Positions 12,119 through 25,200 are shown, counted from the stretch's first letter. The stretch: 64,000 nt of DNA from Octopus sinensis (GCF_006345805.1 NC_043000.1:992001-1056000), one strand, 5' to 3'. Translations and numbers: made by a program. The notes: generated from the letters alone by a model not told the origin.

Positions 12119-12312
12119 ATAGGGAGAGTTTACGAAAAAAAAAACAAAAGACGAAGACAGGTGGTGTACAAAACAAACAGATGTATTAGTATAACGCTCA
12201 GGATAGAAAAAGTCTTTTACGTTTCGAGCCTAGGCTCTTCTACAGAAAGGGACAGGAAAAAAAACAGAGAAACAACAAGGAGAGAGAAAAAAAGTGTGTA
12301 GTGGCTAACGAT
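12119..12312. mobile_element. (TA)n-embedded ~195-bp family (other copies 43750-43960 inverted, 44067-44262, 60453-60655)
   Basis: Shared gggagagtttac..gacgaagacaggtggtgtacaaaacaaacagatgtattag..acgtttcgagcct..gtggctaacgatctat; each copy starts at (TA)n. Confidence 0.85.
12214..12249 (-). ncRNA. Hammerhead-like motif with CTGTAGA core variant
   Basis: CTTT-CTGTAGA-A-GAGC-ctag-GCTC-GAAA-C-GTA, cleavage, AAAG. Confidence 0.5.
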
Positions 12313-12365
12313 CTATATGTATATATACATATACATACATATACACACACACACATATATATATA

Positions 12366-12409
<44 letters not shown>

Positions 12410-12723
12410 TTTGATAGGTTTCGGCCATTATTGGCCCAGGCCATGTCTAACTTAATCGCACACACCTTATATATATATATATTATATATATATATATATA
12501 TAATTATATATATACATATATACATATATAAGTATACATATTTATACCATTTATATCTATATATATATACACATATATGTGTGTGTATATATATATTGTA
12601 TATAAACACACATACATATATATGCAGACACACAGACAAACACACACACATATACACACATAGACACATACACTCACGCACTCATACATACACACACATA
12701 TATGATATACATGCATACGTGTG

Positions 12724-12754
<31 letters not shown>

Positions 12755-13290
12755 TATGTATGTATGTATTATGTATGTATTATGTATGTATGTATTATGT
12801 ATGTATGTATTATGTATGTATGTATGTATCTATGTATCTATGTATGTATCTATGTATGTATCTATGTATGTATGTATGTAGTATGTATGTATGTATGTAT
12901 GTATGTATGTATGTATGTGGTCCGTCATTCGACATGAGGATTCAGTTGTCCGAATTTTCTGTCCCTTATTTTGTGGTTGAACGTCCCACAAATACATATA
13001 CCTTTAATGAAATTCTCAGGTAGAATCAGCATAAAACAGTGTGTGACAAGGCTGTACCGTTTAAATTGCTGGTTCAATCCACCTGATGAGCTGCTATTCA
13101 TTTTCCTTTAATTAATTTTCATACATAACGAATTAATCAACGCAATGCTATAGAATGTAGTTCTGAAGGTGCCATGCAGTAGAACTGAACCCTGGACCTC
13201 GTAGGTGTGGAACGAATTTTGTTAACCGTTCTGCTGTACTCCACCTTCACACACTCGTGCGCGCACACATACCCGCCACATATCCGTGTG

Positions 13291-13323
<33 letters not shown>

Positions 13324-13439
13324 ATATGTGTGTGTGTATGTGTGTGTGTGCGTGTGTGTGTGTATGTGTGTGTGTGTATGTGTGTGTGTGTGTATGTGTG
13401 TGTGTGTGTGTTTGTGTATGTGTGTTTGTATGTGTGTGT

Positions 13440-13500
<61 letters not shown>

Positions 13501-13677
13501 ACTTAAGCAATCTTCAAATAACTAATGTACGAGGTGCCTCGGAGGGGGAACTTTCTAAGTGCAAAACTATGGTCCTTGGTGACCGAAGGGGTCTTTACCC
13601 TTTTAAATTCTTACCCTTAGAAATTTCCTGCTGAGATTTTGCATAATACCTTCTCCTTGTATTTTGTTATAATACAG

Positions 13678-13842
13678 GTATTGCTACAACACTACTGCGC
13701 ATGATTCGAAACCCTTCTGTGATGCTTATTTCATTGTTTGGCATTTTGTGTGTTTTTAACGTATCTGGAAAGTTAGCATTCTTACCCAAATACTACGAGA
13801 CTCAATTCGGGTGGCCTGCATGGCAAGCAAATGTTGTAATCG
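13678..13842 (+). CDS. SLCO/OATP coding exon (GIATTLLRMIRNP...AFLPKYYETQFGWPAWQANVVI)
   Basis: tacag acceptor, G|GTAAGT donor, 165 nt, phase 1/1; FLPKY.E.QF motif of OATP TM7. Confidence 0.95.
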
Positions 13843-15827
13843 GTAAGTATTTTTCTTTTTATTGTTTTTACGCGTTTCATTTATTGGACTGCGGTCATGC
13901 TGGGGCATCAACTTGAAGGGTTTAGTCGAATAAACCTGCTCCACTTACATTCTAAGTCTGATAACTACTCTCTTGGTCTCTTTTACCAAACCGCTGAGCC
14001 AAAGAAACATAAACCAACCAACACCGGTGTGACGTCAAACGCAAAACACACACACATATACGTATTTCTTTATTACCCACAAGGGGCTAAACATAGAAGG
14101 GACAAACAAGGACAGACATAGGTATTAAGTCGATTACATCGACCCCAGTGCGTAACTGGTACTTAATTTATCGACCCCGAAAGGATGAAAGGTAAAGTCG
14201 ACCTCGGCAGAATTTGAACTCACAACGTAACGGCAGACGAGATACCGCTAAGTATTTCGCCCGATGTGCTAACGTTTCTACCAGCTCTCCGCCACACATA
14301 TACGACGGGCTTCTGCACAGTTTCCGTGCAACAAATACTTTCACAAGGCATTGGTTAGCCCAAGTCTATAATAGAACACGCTTAAAGTGCCGCACGTGTG
14401 TTTAGATTTAATCTCCTTCCCTTAAAAATTACTAGCTTTGAATTACGTTCTGAATTAAAATTTGATATAAATGGTAAAAATTTAAAGCACCTTACGGCAT
14501 AATTTTAACTCACTTTTACCACAGAATAGAAGTTAGTGTTATACATAGAAACAACATACCATTCGCAATATTATTTGTTGGGATTGGGGAATATCGAATT
14601 CAGAGAAATTTAAGTTCAAAAATATAAACGCAGAGAAAACATTCAACATATAGTAAAATAAATGATCATATGATATGATATATAACCTCATCATTTACAG
14701 CACCTATTTATTTTTACTATTTGTCGTATTTGATGGAATACAAGACGCATTTTTTTCTTTCCCTCAAAAAGATGTCGAGAGAAAAAACCCATGACGGGTT
14801 TTAGATGCGAAGTTAGGCCTCCCATATGCTAATATGTTTCAAATTTTGACACAAGGTCAGCGAGTTCGTAGATAAGCCGATTACATCGACCACCAGTGTT
14901 CATCTGGGATTTATTTTATCGACCCCGAAATGCTGCTTAGGATTGTCCGATGTGCAAATAGTTCTGCTAGCATGCCGTCTTCCCTTGAGCTAATATTATA
15001 TACTTAAATAAAGCGGTGAACTGGCAGAATTGCTAGCGCGCCGGGCAAAGCAATTAACGGTATTTTGTCTGCTGTTACGTTCTGAGTTCAAATTCCACCG
15101 AGGTCGACTTTGCCTTTCATCCTTTCGGGGTCGATAAATTAAGTACCAGTTACGAACTGGGGTCGATGTAATCGACTTAATCCGTTTGTCTGTCCTTGTT
15201 TGTCCTCTCTGTGTTTAGCCCCTTGTGGGTAGTAAAGAAATAGGTATTTCGTCTGCCGCTACGTTCTGAGTTCAAATTCCACCAAGGTTTGCTTTTCATC
15301 TTTTCGGGGTCGATCAAATAAGTACCAGTCGGGCAAATCCCTTTGTCTGTCCTTGTTTGTCTCTTCTGTGTTTAGCCCCTTGTGGGTAATAAAGAAATAG
15401 GTATTTCGTCGAGATCGACTTTGCCTTTGTCTTTCAACCTTTCGTAGTCGATAAAATACGTACCAGTTTGTCGTTGTGGTCGATGTAATCGACTTACTCT
15501 TATACCCCGAAATTGCTGGCCTGGTGCAAAAAAATTTGCCACGAATATGCATAGCTGAAATTAAGGTGTGTCTAATGCACTGCCGTATCTTTATGCCACC
15601 AAAAACAATATATATTGTAAATGGATTACATTATTGTCTTTCACTGTATATCTCTGACATTCTTTTTCTTTCTTTCTTTCTTTAGCTATTTTTCAATCTT
15701 TGGTGCTAACATGCGCATTTTTTCTCCACTTCATTCTTCTTAGTGTTTCTAAGATTTCTACCTTTCTCTGTTGTTCATCCCAACTGTAGCATTTCCCTTG
15801 TCCAGCAGACATATATATATATATTGC

Positions 15828-17030
15828 CTAGTATACCAATAAGAAACTTGATGGAAATGTTGACCTTCTGTATAGAAACTACCTACTTCAGTATGGACTT
15901 TGATATATATCGACAACAAGAAGGTTTAGCTATAGGTTCGCCATTATATATATATATATATATATAACAAAGCCATCCATACAGTTCACAATGGAAAAGG
16001 ATAAAGACAATCAGCTAGCATTCCTGGACGTATTAATAACACGCACCAAGTATAGATTCAGGACATCAGTATACCGCAAGCCGACCTTCACTGGACGATA
16101 CCTCAACTTCAATTCCCACCATCCATACTGTGTGAAGAGAGGGATTGCTCAGTGCCTAAAACATCGATCAAAGAATATAAGTAGCGATCGTGATGCCCAC
16201 CACGGAGAAATGATCAAGCTCAGTAACAATCTATTAAGCGACAACTTCCCCCAAAACATACTATCCACTTCAATTATGAAGAAAAGAGAGGATATAGCCA
16301 ATAAACTGTCCACAGTCTGTCTACCCTATGTGAAGGGCCCCTCCGAAAAGATACAAAAGATATGCGGCCCATATGACATCAGGACAGTATTCAAGAGTAA
16401 TACAACACTTCGCAAATATCTTCTTCAAGTAAAACCACCAATAGAAGAGAATATTACCAAAGACTGCGTGTACTCCATCCCATGCAGCTGTGGTAGGTTA
16501 TACAAAGGCAAAACATGCCGCCCCCTCAAAATAAGAGTAGAGGAACATCGCAAAGCTGTGACACGAGGAGATATTGATAAATCGATTATAGCTGATCATG
16601 TATGGAAAAATGAAGACCACCTCCCCCTGTGGGATGAAGTTAAAATAATAGACAGAGAACACCACTGGAAAATACGAAAACTAAAAGAAGCAGCACATAT
16701 GCTAGGACACAACAACCTCCTAAGCAGGCCGAGTACAGATACGAATAGCACACGGGAACCGGTATTAAGGAAAGATAGGTAAGTATTTGATCTATAAGCC
16801 CTAAAATTAACTCCATAATTGCCCACGGGCATATGGCATAGTGGTTAAGAGTGCGGGCTACTAACCCCAAGATTCCGAGTTCGATTCCAATAATAATTAC
16901 ATCGAAAAATACCTTAGGAATGAGAACCCAGGTTCGAAATTTCCCAAGACACCTGATGAAGGCTGGAGGGTATATCAGATGATATACAAGATGGGGACAA
17001 ATATCCGTCAAATGTAACTAATGTAAATAA
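15828..17030 (+). mobile_element. Penelope-like retroelement remnant: RT fragment, RT thumb plus GIY-YIG endonuclease (ORF 15991-16782), 3' region with tRNA-like segment and half hammerhead
   Basis: YRQQEGLAIGSPL (RT motif B), FLDVLI, VYRKPT.T.RYLNF.SHHP, VYSIPCSCGRLYKGKT.R.L..R.EEH, R...EA; the YVDD region is replaced by (TA)n. Confidence 0.9.
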
Positions 17031-17783
17031 AGTGCGTATTGTATCCTGACTTTTAAGATATATTTTGCCTATTTGATTATGTTTGCTGGCCACTTTACCA
17101 TTAGTTTTTAACAGATAAAAATAACTTATTTGAACTTTGAATTTATACTTGCTCGCAGATAATGCATCGTCATTCTTTGTGTTTTTTGTCTCTCCACACT
17201 ACTGATGTTATCCAAGGGAAAGGCAAAGGGGCCGATACAGCTTTGGCACCAGTGACATCGCAACTCATTTCTACAGCTGAGTGAACTGGAGTAACGTGAG
17301 CAAGTGTCTTGCTCAAGAACACAACACACATCCCGGTCCGGGATTCGAACTCACAACCTCACGATCGTAAGCTCGATGCTCTAACCACTGAGCCATGCGC
17401 CTTCATCTGGAAATTGCTGGGCCTTCAGCTGAAAAGACGCGCATGAATTATATTTTCATCGTTCATCTCATCAAGTTATCCTTTCACCTTTACGCACCCA
17501 TTTTCCCTCCTCATCAGGAACATTCTTTCTGTCACTTTACCACTGTTCCTTTTTCTCTGATTTTGTCTTCCACATCCATCTCCTCTTGGCCTTTTTATTC
17601 CTCCATTTTCTAACCATTTCCTCTCTTATTCTCACATAACATATCTAACACAATGACACGTATTCTCTCACCATGTCTCTTTCTCACTCTCTCTCTATCT
17701 CTATCTCTATCTCATTCTCTCTCTCTCTCTCCCTCTGAAAAACTCATGACTTATAAAACTGTCTGAATCCACTCTCCATACAG

Positions 17784-17976
17784 GTGCAACTTATATCTCA
17801 ATGTTTATGTTCGGCGTTATCATCAGTGGTTCTGTGACGAGCTACTTCAAACTCAGTATTCCAGGAAGCTACCGCATGAGCGTTCTAGTTCTCCTATTAC
17901 ATGTGTGTATATCGTGGTTGTGCTACAACCTCACTTGCCCCAAATCGGACATAGTCAAAACATATGTATCCAGCCA
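17784..17976 (+). CDS. SLCO/OATP coding exon (GATYISMFMFGVIISGSV...LTCPKSDIVKTYVSS)
   Basis: tacag acceptor, CA|GTAAGT donor, 193 nt open in the expected frame (phase 1/2); TM8-TM9 and first Cys of the large extracellular loop. Confidence 0.88.
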
Positions 17977-18735
17977 GTAAGTATTCTAATTTTCGTTCAT
18001 TAAGCGTTAGGCGAGTATAGAGCGTAGGAAGAATTAATAAAGTTACAAGACAACAGGAATGACATACTCAATTCTATGGCTCACAGTTGTTTCTGCTCTG
18101 AGGAAGCTATAAGGTAATACACAAGCACTCAGCTCAGATTAAGATACAATTCTATCGTGATAAAATACATGCAACCAATAGTTCACATTCAGCTGAGAGT
18201 ATCTGGTAAGGACACTTCCCTTGACCATGCAATGGGCATTGGGTAATAAAAAAGAGACAATGTTTTTGTTTTATATCTTGTCAACCTCCTTCCACATTAT
18301 CTCAATGTATATAAAATTTAGCAAAAGCATTTAAGCTTGCCAAAATATAGACTGGTAGCTTGTTGCTCTGTATTCCTGGAAAATTATTCGATCATATGAA
18401 GGATCGATTAAATATGCATACTGCAATGTGCAGCGTTTGCATTGTTCCAGGCTATTCGGCACACGTGTAATCTAAACAAATCGTAGATAATGCATCGTCA
18501 TTCTTTGTGTTTTTTGTCTCTCCACACTACTGATGTTATCCAAGGGAAAGGCAAAGGGGCCGATACAGCTTTGGCACCAGTGACATCGCAACTCATTTCT
18601 ACAGCTGAGTGAACTGGAGCAACATGAAATAAAGTGTCTTGCTCAAGAACACAACACACATCCCGGTCCGGGATTCGAACTCACAACCTCACGATCGTAA
18701 GCTCGATGCCCTAACCACTGAGTCATGCACCTTCA

Positions 18736-18792
<57 letters not shown>

Positions 18793-18937
18793 AATTTAAC
18801 AATTAAGGATAACTTCTTAATAAGGAATCTTAACAAGAAATTATCAGGTAGTTAGCGTGAAAAACCTCATAAGAGAAAAAAATTCGAAAATAATTTTTTT
18901 CTTTTGAAAATATTAATTTATATTGTATAGAGGGCAT

Positions 18938-19055
18938 TATTACACATAAATGCCTCACACTAAGAGGGACATAAGTCATTACTACCAAAATTTCACAGTG
19001 AAATTTTGGTAGTAATGACTTATGTCCCTCTTAGTGAGAGCATTTATGTGTAATA
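18938..19055. repeat. Palindrome centred on 18997, ending at the gap
   Basis: About 58-bp arms, 1-nt centre, one small outer discrepancy. Confidence 0.9.
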
Positions 19056-19155
19056 NNNNNNNNNNNNNNNNNNNNNNNNNNNNNNNNNNNNNNNNNNNNN
19101 NNNNNNNNNNNNNNNNNNNNNNNNNNNNNNNNNNNNNNNNNNNNNNNNNNNNNNN
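19056..19155. other. Assembly gap (100 N)
   Basis: Run of n. Confidence 1.
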
Positions 19156-19249
19156 ACTATTATGATAAACATTATGACCATTTATGTCTTTTGTGTATGT
19201 AATTTCGATTCCTATATTCTTCTTTAAATTTGACATTTCGCATATTTAG

Positions 19250-19409
19250 AAGAGACCTTGCAGTTAACGAGATCGGATATAACCCGCAGCATTACTGCTT
19301 GGGTTGTGAATGCTCAGAAGATGAGTACAGTTTACTTTGTGGTGAAGATGGTCGAAACTACAGATCCGCATGCCATGCTGCTTGTCAATACCTTGATATG
19401 CAGACTTTT
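19250..19409 (+). CDS. SLCO/OATP coding exon, Kazal-like loop (QRDLAVNEIG...CLGCECSEDEYSLLCGEDGRNYRSACHAACQ...QTF)
   Basis: tttag acceptor, TTT|GTAAGT donor, 160 nt, phase 2/0; C-x-C...CG.DG..Y.S.CHA.C pattern. Confidence 0.93.
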
Positions 19410-19782
19410 GTAAGTCCACACAGTTTTCTGTTTTTCTTATATACCATCCTTCAAATAGGATGTCACTTATAAACTCTGCCAGTGATAGAGAAAAAAACGT
19501 AAAGCCGTGTGTTGAAGACTTATCCCTAATAATATCATATACAGTAGTACAGCACATCAAACTTATGAGATTTGTTGTTGTATTGTAAGATAGTCAGCGT
19601 GAGAAAACATAGCACTAATGTTCATATAAAATCTATAGATTCACTTAATATCTGTAAGTTCATATGATATCTATAAGTACTGAAGATGGCTTAGATTGAA
19701 TCAGCTGAAATGTTTTGCTGCTCTCATCCTCTCTTCGAGAAATAGCTCTAAGTAGCCCAAGTTTAAGGCAATGAGCAGGTAG

Positions 19783-20556
19783 AATCGTTAGCACATCGGG
19801 CGAAATGCGTAGCCGTATTTCGTCTGCCGATACGTTCTGAGTTCAAATTCCGCCGAGGTGACTTTGCCTTTCATCCTTTCGGGGTCGATAGATTAAGTAC
19901 CAGTTACGCACTGGGGTCGATGTAATCGACTTAATCCGTTTGTCTGTCCTTGTTTGTCTTCTCTGTGTTTAGCCCCTTGGGGGTAGTAAAGACATAGGTA
20001 TTTCGTCTGCCGTTACGTTGTGAGTTCAAATTCCGCGAGGGTCGACTTTGCCTTTCATGCTTTCGGGGTTGATAAATTAAGTACCAGTAACGCACTGGGG
20101 TCGATATAATCGAATTAATCCGTCGTCTCTCTGTCCTTGTTTGTCTCCTCTGTGTTTAGCCCCTTGTGGGTAGTAAGGAAATAGCTATTTCGTCTGCCGC
20201 TACGTTCTGAGTTCAAATTCCTCCGAGGTCGACTTTGCCTTTCATCCTTTCGGGTGCGATAAATTAAGTGCCAGTAACGTACTGGGGGTCGATATAATCG
20301 ACTTAATCCGTCGTCTGTCTATCCTTGTTTGTCTCCTCTGTGATTAGCCCCTTGTGGGTAGTAAGGAAATAGCTATTTCGTCTGCCGTTACGTTTTGAGT
20401 TCAAATTTCGCCGAGGTCGACTTTGCCTTTCATCCTTTCGGGGTCGATTAAATAAGTACCAGTAAATCACTGGAGTCGATATAATCGACTTAATCCCCTT
20501 GTCTGTTCTTGTCTGTCCTCTCTATGTTTAGCCCCCTGTTGGGCAATTAAGAAATA
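19783..20556 (+). repeat. Four head-to-tail units of SINE family F1 (period about 185)
   Basis: Unit starts (g/c)tatttcgtctgcc at about 19814, 19998, 20185 and 20373. Single or shorter F1 copies at 4167-4395, 14068-14293, 15022-15545, 30270-30497, 46911-47145, 52455-52890, 54022-54249, 59000-59210 and 62615-62990. Confidence 0.9.
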
Positions 20557-20704
20557 TATATTCTGTTGAAAGTTATTCTGGGTTTTCACTATGTTCAGTA
20601 ATTTTGCTTTTATCAACTTTTATCCGTTTATTTTTACTTGCATCATTAATCAATACACCTCAAACATATGCTTTACATTATTAAACAATATGTCTTCTTT
20701 TCAG

Positions 20705-20862
20705 CAATATTCCAACTGCTCGTGCATTGGTGGAAATAAAACAGCTCATTTTGGTGCATGCCCAACTAACTGTAAGGCCGGTTTATACTTAACAATATTC
20801 AACTCAATACATTCAATATTAATAGGTATAACAACCAGTCCGCATATAATCATCTTAATGAG
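20705..20862 (+). CDS. SLCO/OATP coding exon (QYSNCSCIGGNKTAHFGACPTNCK...TSPHIIILM)
   Basis: ttttcag acceptor, AG|GTATGT donor, 158 nt, phase 0/2; Y.NCSCI...G.C...C pattern then TM10. Confidence 0.94.
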
Positions 20863-21066
20863 GTATGTTGCTTCCTTGTTTTCTCCCTTTTTTTTTATAT
20901 CATATGTCAAAGCAGATAGAATTGTGAGTGATGTTGTGGAGTAGTTATGACAGGCGGCGTAGAGGCAAACAAAAAGTAAGTGGAGGATTAAGAAGTTCTC
21001 TTCGCCACCCTCCTGGTTCCGGTTACGATCACACTGCATGGCAACTTGAACAGTGACGGTCTATAG

Positions 21067-21285
21067 CAGTGCTTTTCAACCTTTTTGCTGGGGCGGAACC
21101 CCAAGGAAACATTCCACTGGCTCGAGGAACCCCTGTGCAATAATTTAATAGTCTTCTGCAAACATATCTAAACAGGAGAATTAAAAATTACTGCCGATTT
21201 TAGCAGTTTTGTAACTTCTTGCGGAACCCCTGGACTGTACTGGCAGAACCCTAAGGTTCCGCGGAACCCTGGTTGAAAACCACTG
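21067..21285. mobile_element. hAT-type MITE
   Basis: TIRs CAGTGCTTTTCAACC / GGTTGAAAACCACTG with repeated GGAACCC subterminal motifs; no matching 8-bp TSD found. Confidence 0.65.
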
Positions 21286-21752
21286 GAATTTTGAGAGACT
21301 TTCTATCTGTTTCCTCCGCTGTTGTAAGCGTATAAGAGATATTTTCACATTCTTCTTATTTTACTCACAGCTAGGCTTTGTAATGCTCAAATTTATTTAA
21401 GTTCTCTTGATTCACACTGTGTTGTGCATAGCACACACTCACACACACATACAACATGGTGCCATCAACGTCAGACGTAGAGAACCGTTAAAAATTTATT
21501 TTTGAATATTTCTTTCTTCAATAACACCGATTCCTCTAACCTAAATCAATAACTGGTTTATTTCATCAATTATAAATAAGAGAAACACCTTTTACTTACA
21601 AACGTAGCATTATTTAGACCGACTTTTACAAAATACGTGGAATTTCGCTAACACGATCAAAGCTGAAACTAATAACAGCACCACCAATGCAAATAGCACT
21701 ACTGATCTAGTAAGCTGTTTAAGAAGACGTGAGTTTTTGTTTTTTTTCTTAA

Positions 21753-22129
21753 GCACTCCGTCGGTTACGACGATGAGGGTTCCGGTTGATCCGAATCAAC
21801 GGAACAGCCTGCTCGTGAATTAACGTGTAAGTGGCCGAGCACTCCACAGACACGTGTACCCTTAACGTAGTTCTCGGGGATATTCCAGCGTGACACAGAG
21901 AGTGACAAGGCCGTTCCTTTGAAATACAGGTACACAGAAACAGGAAGTAAGAGTGAGAGAAAGTTGTGGTGAAAGAGTACAGCAGGGATCACCACCATCC
22001 CCTGCCGGAGCCTCGTGGAGCTTTAGGTGTTTTCGCTCAATAAACACTCACAACGCCCGGTCTGGGAATCGAAAGCGCGATCCTATGACCGCGAGTCCAC
22101 TGCCCTAACCACTGGGCCATTGCGCCTCC
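21753..22129 (-). mobile_element. tRNA-derived SINE, family F5 (second full copy 55556-55928)
   Basis: Head ggaggcgcaatggcccagtggttagggc..tttcgattccc; the two copies are near-identical. Confidence 0.88.
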
Positions 22130-23871
22130 ACAAGAAAACTTGAGTACTCTTCTCATTGTACACAGGTCTTACATCTAAGCTAAGATGCTATAAAAAAAAT
22201 AGGATCTTTTCGGTTTGAACGGCAGTTTTTTCTAGCGGTGTCATATGAAATTGTCACCCATAATTATGACCCTAGTATCGATCTATTGCATTTCAATCTG
22301 TTTTAGAGTTAGGGTTAGTTAGGGGTGGGGAAGGGTATCTTTTTTTTTTCACAAATGTAAATAAGCCCAATCTGTTTCTTAAACGAGGGTCATATTCATA
22401 CGGCACAGAATGTTTTTTTTTACCTCAATAGACGTCAGTGATTGGTTGAAACTGCAGAAATTGAAGAAAAAAAACAAACAAATATCTTACAAACTATAGA
22501 ATTTTCTCAATAAAGCCAAGAGAAAAAGATGTTTTATAAACACATTCTACCAGTATACGAAGTTTAAAATTCTTTAGTTACTTAGGAATTATGTTAAAAA
22601 CTGCCGTTCAAACCGAAAAGATCGAAAAAATAGCCCGTAATGACTTCTATCAGATACATGAAGCGGCCAAAAAAGTACTGAGACGAAGATCACTCCAACT
22701 TAAATATCTTTACGGTGAAACAGCCTTTGATAAGAAGTATCTTTCTTCGAAGAAAAAAACCTACATACATATGTGTGCGTGTGTGTGTGTGTGTGTGATA
22801 GATACATACATACATACATACATACATGTAGATGTGTGTATGTATGTGTTCACAAAAAAGTTTACAGTGATTTTGTAGGTTCACCATGGGTAGCTTCCTC
22901 AAACTGTCTAAGAAAGATAGTGTATAGCGAGTTGTTCCCTGTTAATACTGTAAATCATTGCAACAAGATATGTTTTATTCCATATTAAGTAAGTTATTTA
23001 TAGGTTCGCCTAAAAGAAAAAAAAAATATTAATTCTCATGACCCTATACTTTTCAGAGCCCCTGAGAATTGTAGCATGAAGGGAGAAAGTTTATCTTCGA
23101 CCTAACCCGAATGCTTACAACAAAGCGAAGTTGGCTAGAGCCTTGGTGACTGTATCAAGCCAAACAACGAATTAAGAAGTCTACCATGGTATAACTTGAA
23201 CTCAGAACACAAAGCGCCGAAACAAATATTGTTAGACACCTTGTACAACTCTCAAACAATTCCGCCAATCCACTATTTTGCGCCAGGGATATATTTGTTG
23301 AGTCAGAAAGCATAAAAAGCAATTTTGACCTCGAATGTTATGGGATTTGAGCTGTCAGCATTACGCTGTCCTGTAGCGCCATACTACGTTGTCTTCTGTT
23401 CTAATGACACAGCCACTAAAGTATATTTATCGAGTTTGCTCTAAATATTTGTATACGCAAAATAGGTCATGCGTCACGATTTCAATATAACAGGTTCACT
23501 TAAGGGACAAGCGTGCAACCGGGAAGCGCCAACGTGATCACTCGACCTATTAGAAATAGTAGCGAGACCTCATATCACGCTATACCGAATTAAAACTTTA
23601 AAAACAAAATAAATTTGAGGTGTAATTCTAGAAATAAAGATGAGATGCTCGCGGTTGGAACGCGGTTGGCAAAGGTCAACTCGAATAGGACAGTTCACTT
23701 CTTAGATTGAACATCAGCAACAACGAAAACAAGCGTGTGTAATCGAAGCACTTAAGATATCCGATATTTATCATCCGGTGTCAGTTTTAGTATTAATTAC
23801 AATATTGGATAGAATTATTTCAGTTAGAAATAAACGTGTTTATATGTACGTGTGGAGAGAGAGAAGCGCGT

Positions 23872-23917
<46 letters not shown>

Positions 23918-24690
23918 CGAGTTATATAACCCCTAACTCAAGAATGTCGAACACCCTTTGTTAAGCCTACAGTATTACCTAAGAATGTATAAATATAGCC
24001 GCATTACATTAGATAGATAGATAGATAGATAGATAGATATCATTAAATAACACATTACAATTTTTTTCTGTTGCAAACATCGGAATTATCACCTCCTACA
24101 AAATTGGTGATGCTAAATTCAGATCTGTCAACCAAATTTCTCTTGATGTTCAGAAATCCACATTGCAAGACGCCTAAAAGGTTGTTAGAGCGTTTAATAG
24201 AATGCTTCGGGGTTCGTTCCGATTCTCTCCGTTCTAAGTTCAAACACCGCTCGGGGTTAACTTTGCTTTTCGACTTTTTGCAGTTGTTAAAAATGTAAGC
24301 AATCCAAGGCAAAAGTGTAAGAATGTCGGATCAGATGCCCAACGTTATTTGCTACAGTTCTTTGCATTTAAGTTCAAATCCCACAATGATCATCGCCACC
24401 TTAGTAACTTGTGTGCCTTTAGCAGTTGATCTTGGATTTTTTTTCCTTCGTAAAACCAGCTCTATTTGTTATACTAAATAACTGATTCGTATGTTCATGC
24501 CAAATCATGCCGACCGCAAATAATACAACTTTATTTTACCATTCAACCAATCTGTTAACATAGCTTTGTACTGCGCACTGTAAATTTCGGGTGCCTAATG
24601 CTGTCCCTGTAGGTTCACCATGGGTAGCTTCTTAAAACTGTCTAAGAAAGATAGTGTATAGCGAGTTGTTCCCTGTTAATACTGTAAATC

Positions 24691-25200
24691 TGGAAAGACC
24701 AGATTCTTAACTGATTAGATCCACAGGATCAAAACAGCTTTTAACCCTACCCAATCAGCCACCGGCAATATTTTAACATTAAGCAGCTTGGATCCGCTGC
24801 TACCCAGACCCCGGCGAATAGTTTCTTATATACACTCGGGTTCTATCCCAGGTGGCAACCCGCAGACCCAAGCTTTTGTCAACTTCTTCCCACAATACTT
24901 GGGAAGAAACAAAATCTCTTTGCCCTCTAAGGGCTAGCTCGCAAATTTGCAAGCCTCCTCAGGGGTGTTAAATAGCAACCACACCGTTACATACATGACA
25001 CCACTGGCAAGAAATTTTATAGATAGCAGATACTCTACCAACCCTTTCAATTTGTATCTTTTTAAAGAAGGCAATGGTGTAAGTCCTCAACACCACCGTC
25101 CTCTCTTCAAAGTCTTTCATCCAATGTTTGAGTAGGATAATCTACCACTCCAACGCAGTGTTGTTCATCTTTTTTGTCATGTATTTTGGGGAAAAAGTTC
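24691..25200 (-). mobile_element. Degenerate non-LTR retrotransposon ORF1-like remnant
   Basis: Minus-strand reading with stops: FNTPEEACKFAS*PLEGKEILFLPKYCGKKLTKAWVCGLPPGIEPECI; resembles an RRM-type LINE ORF1. Family assignment is uncertain. Confidence 0.45.

Noticed and set aside
19676-19718. CTGAAGA-T-GGCT...AGCT-GAAA-TGTT hammerhead-like motif
   Set aside because: Stem II is good, but C15.2 is T and stem I has one pair; at most a decayed copy.
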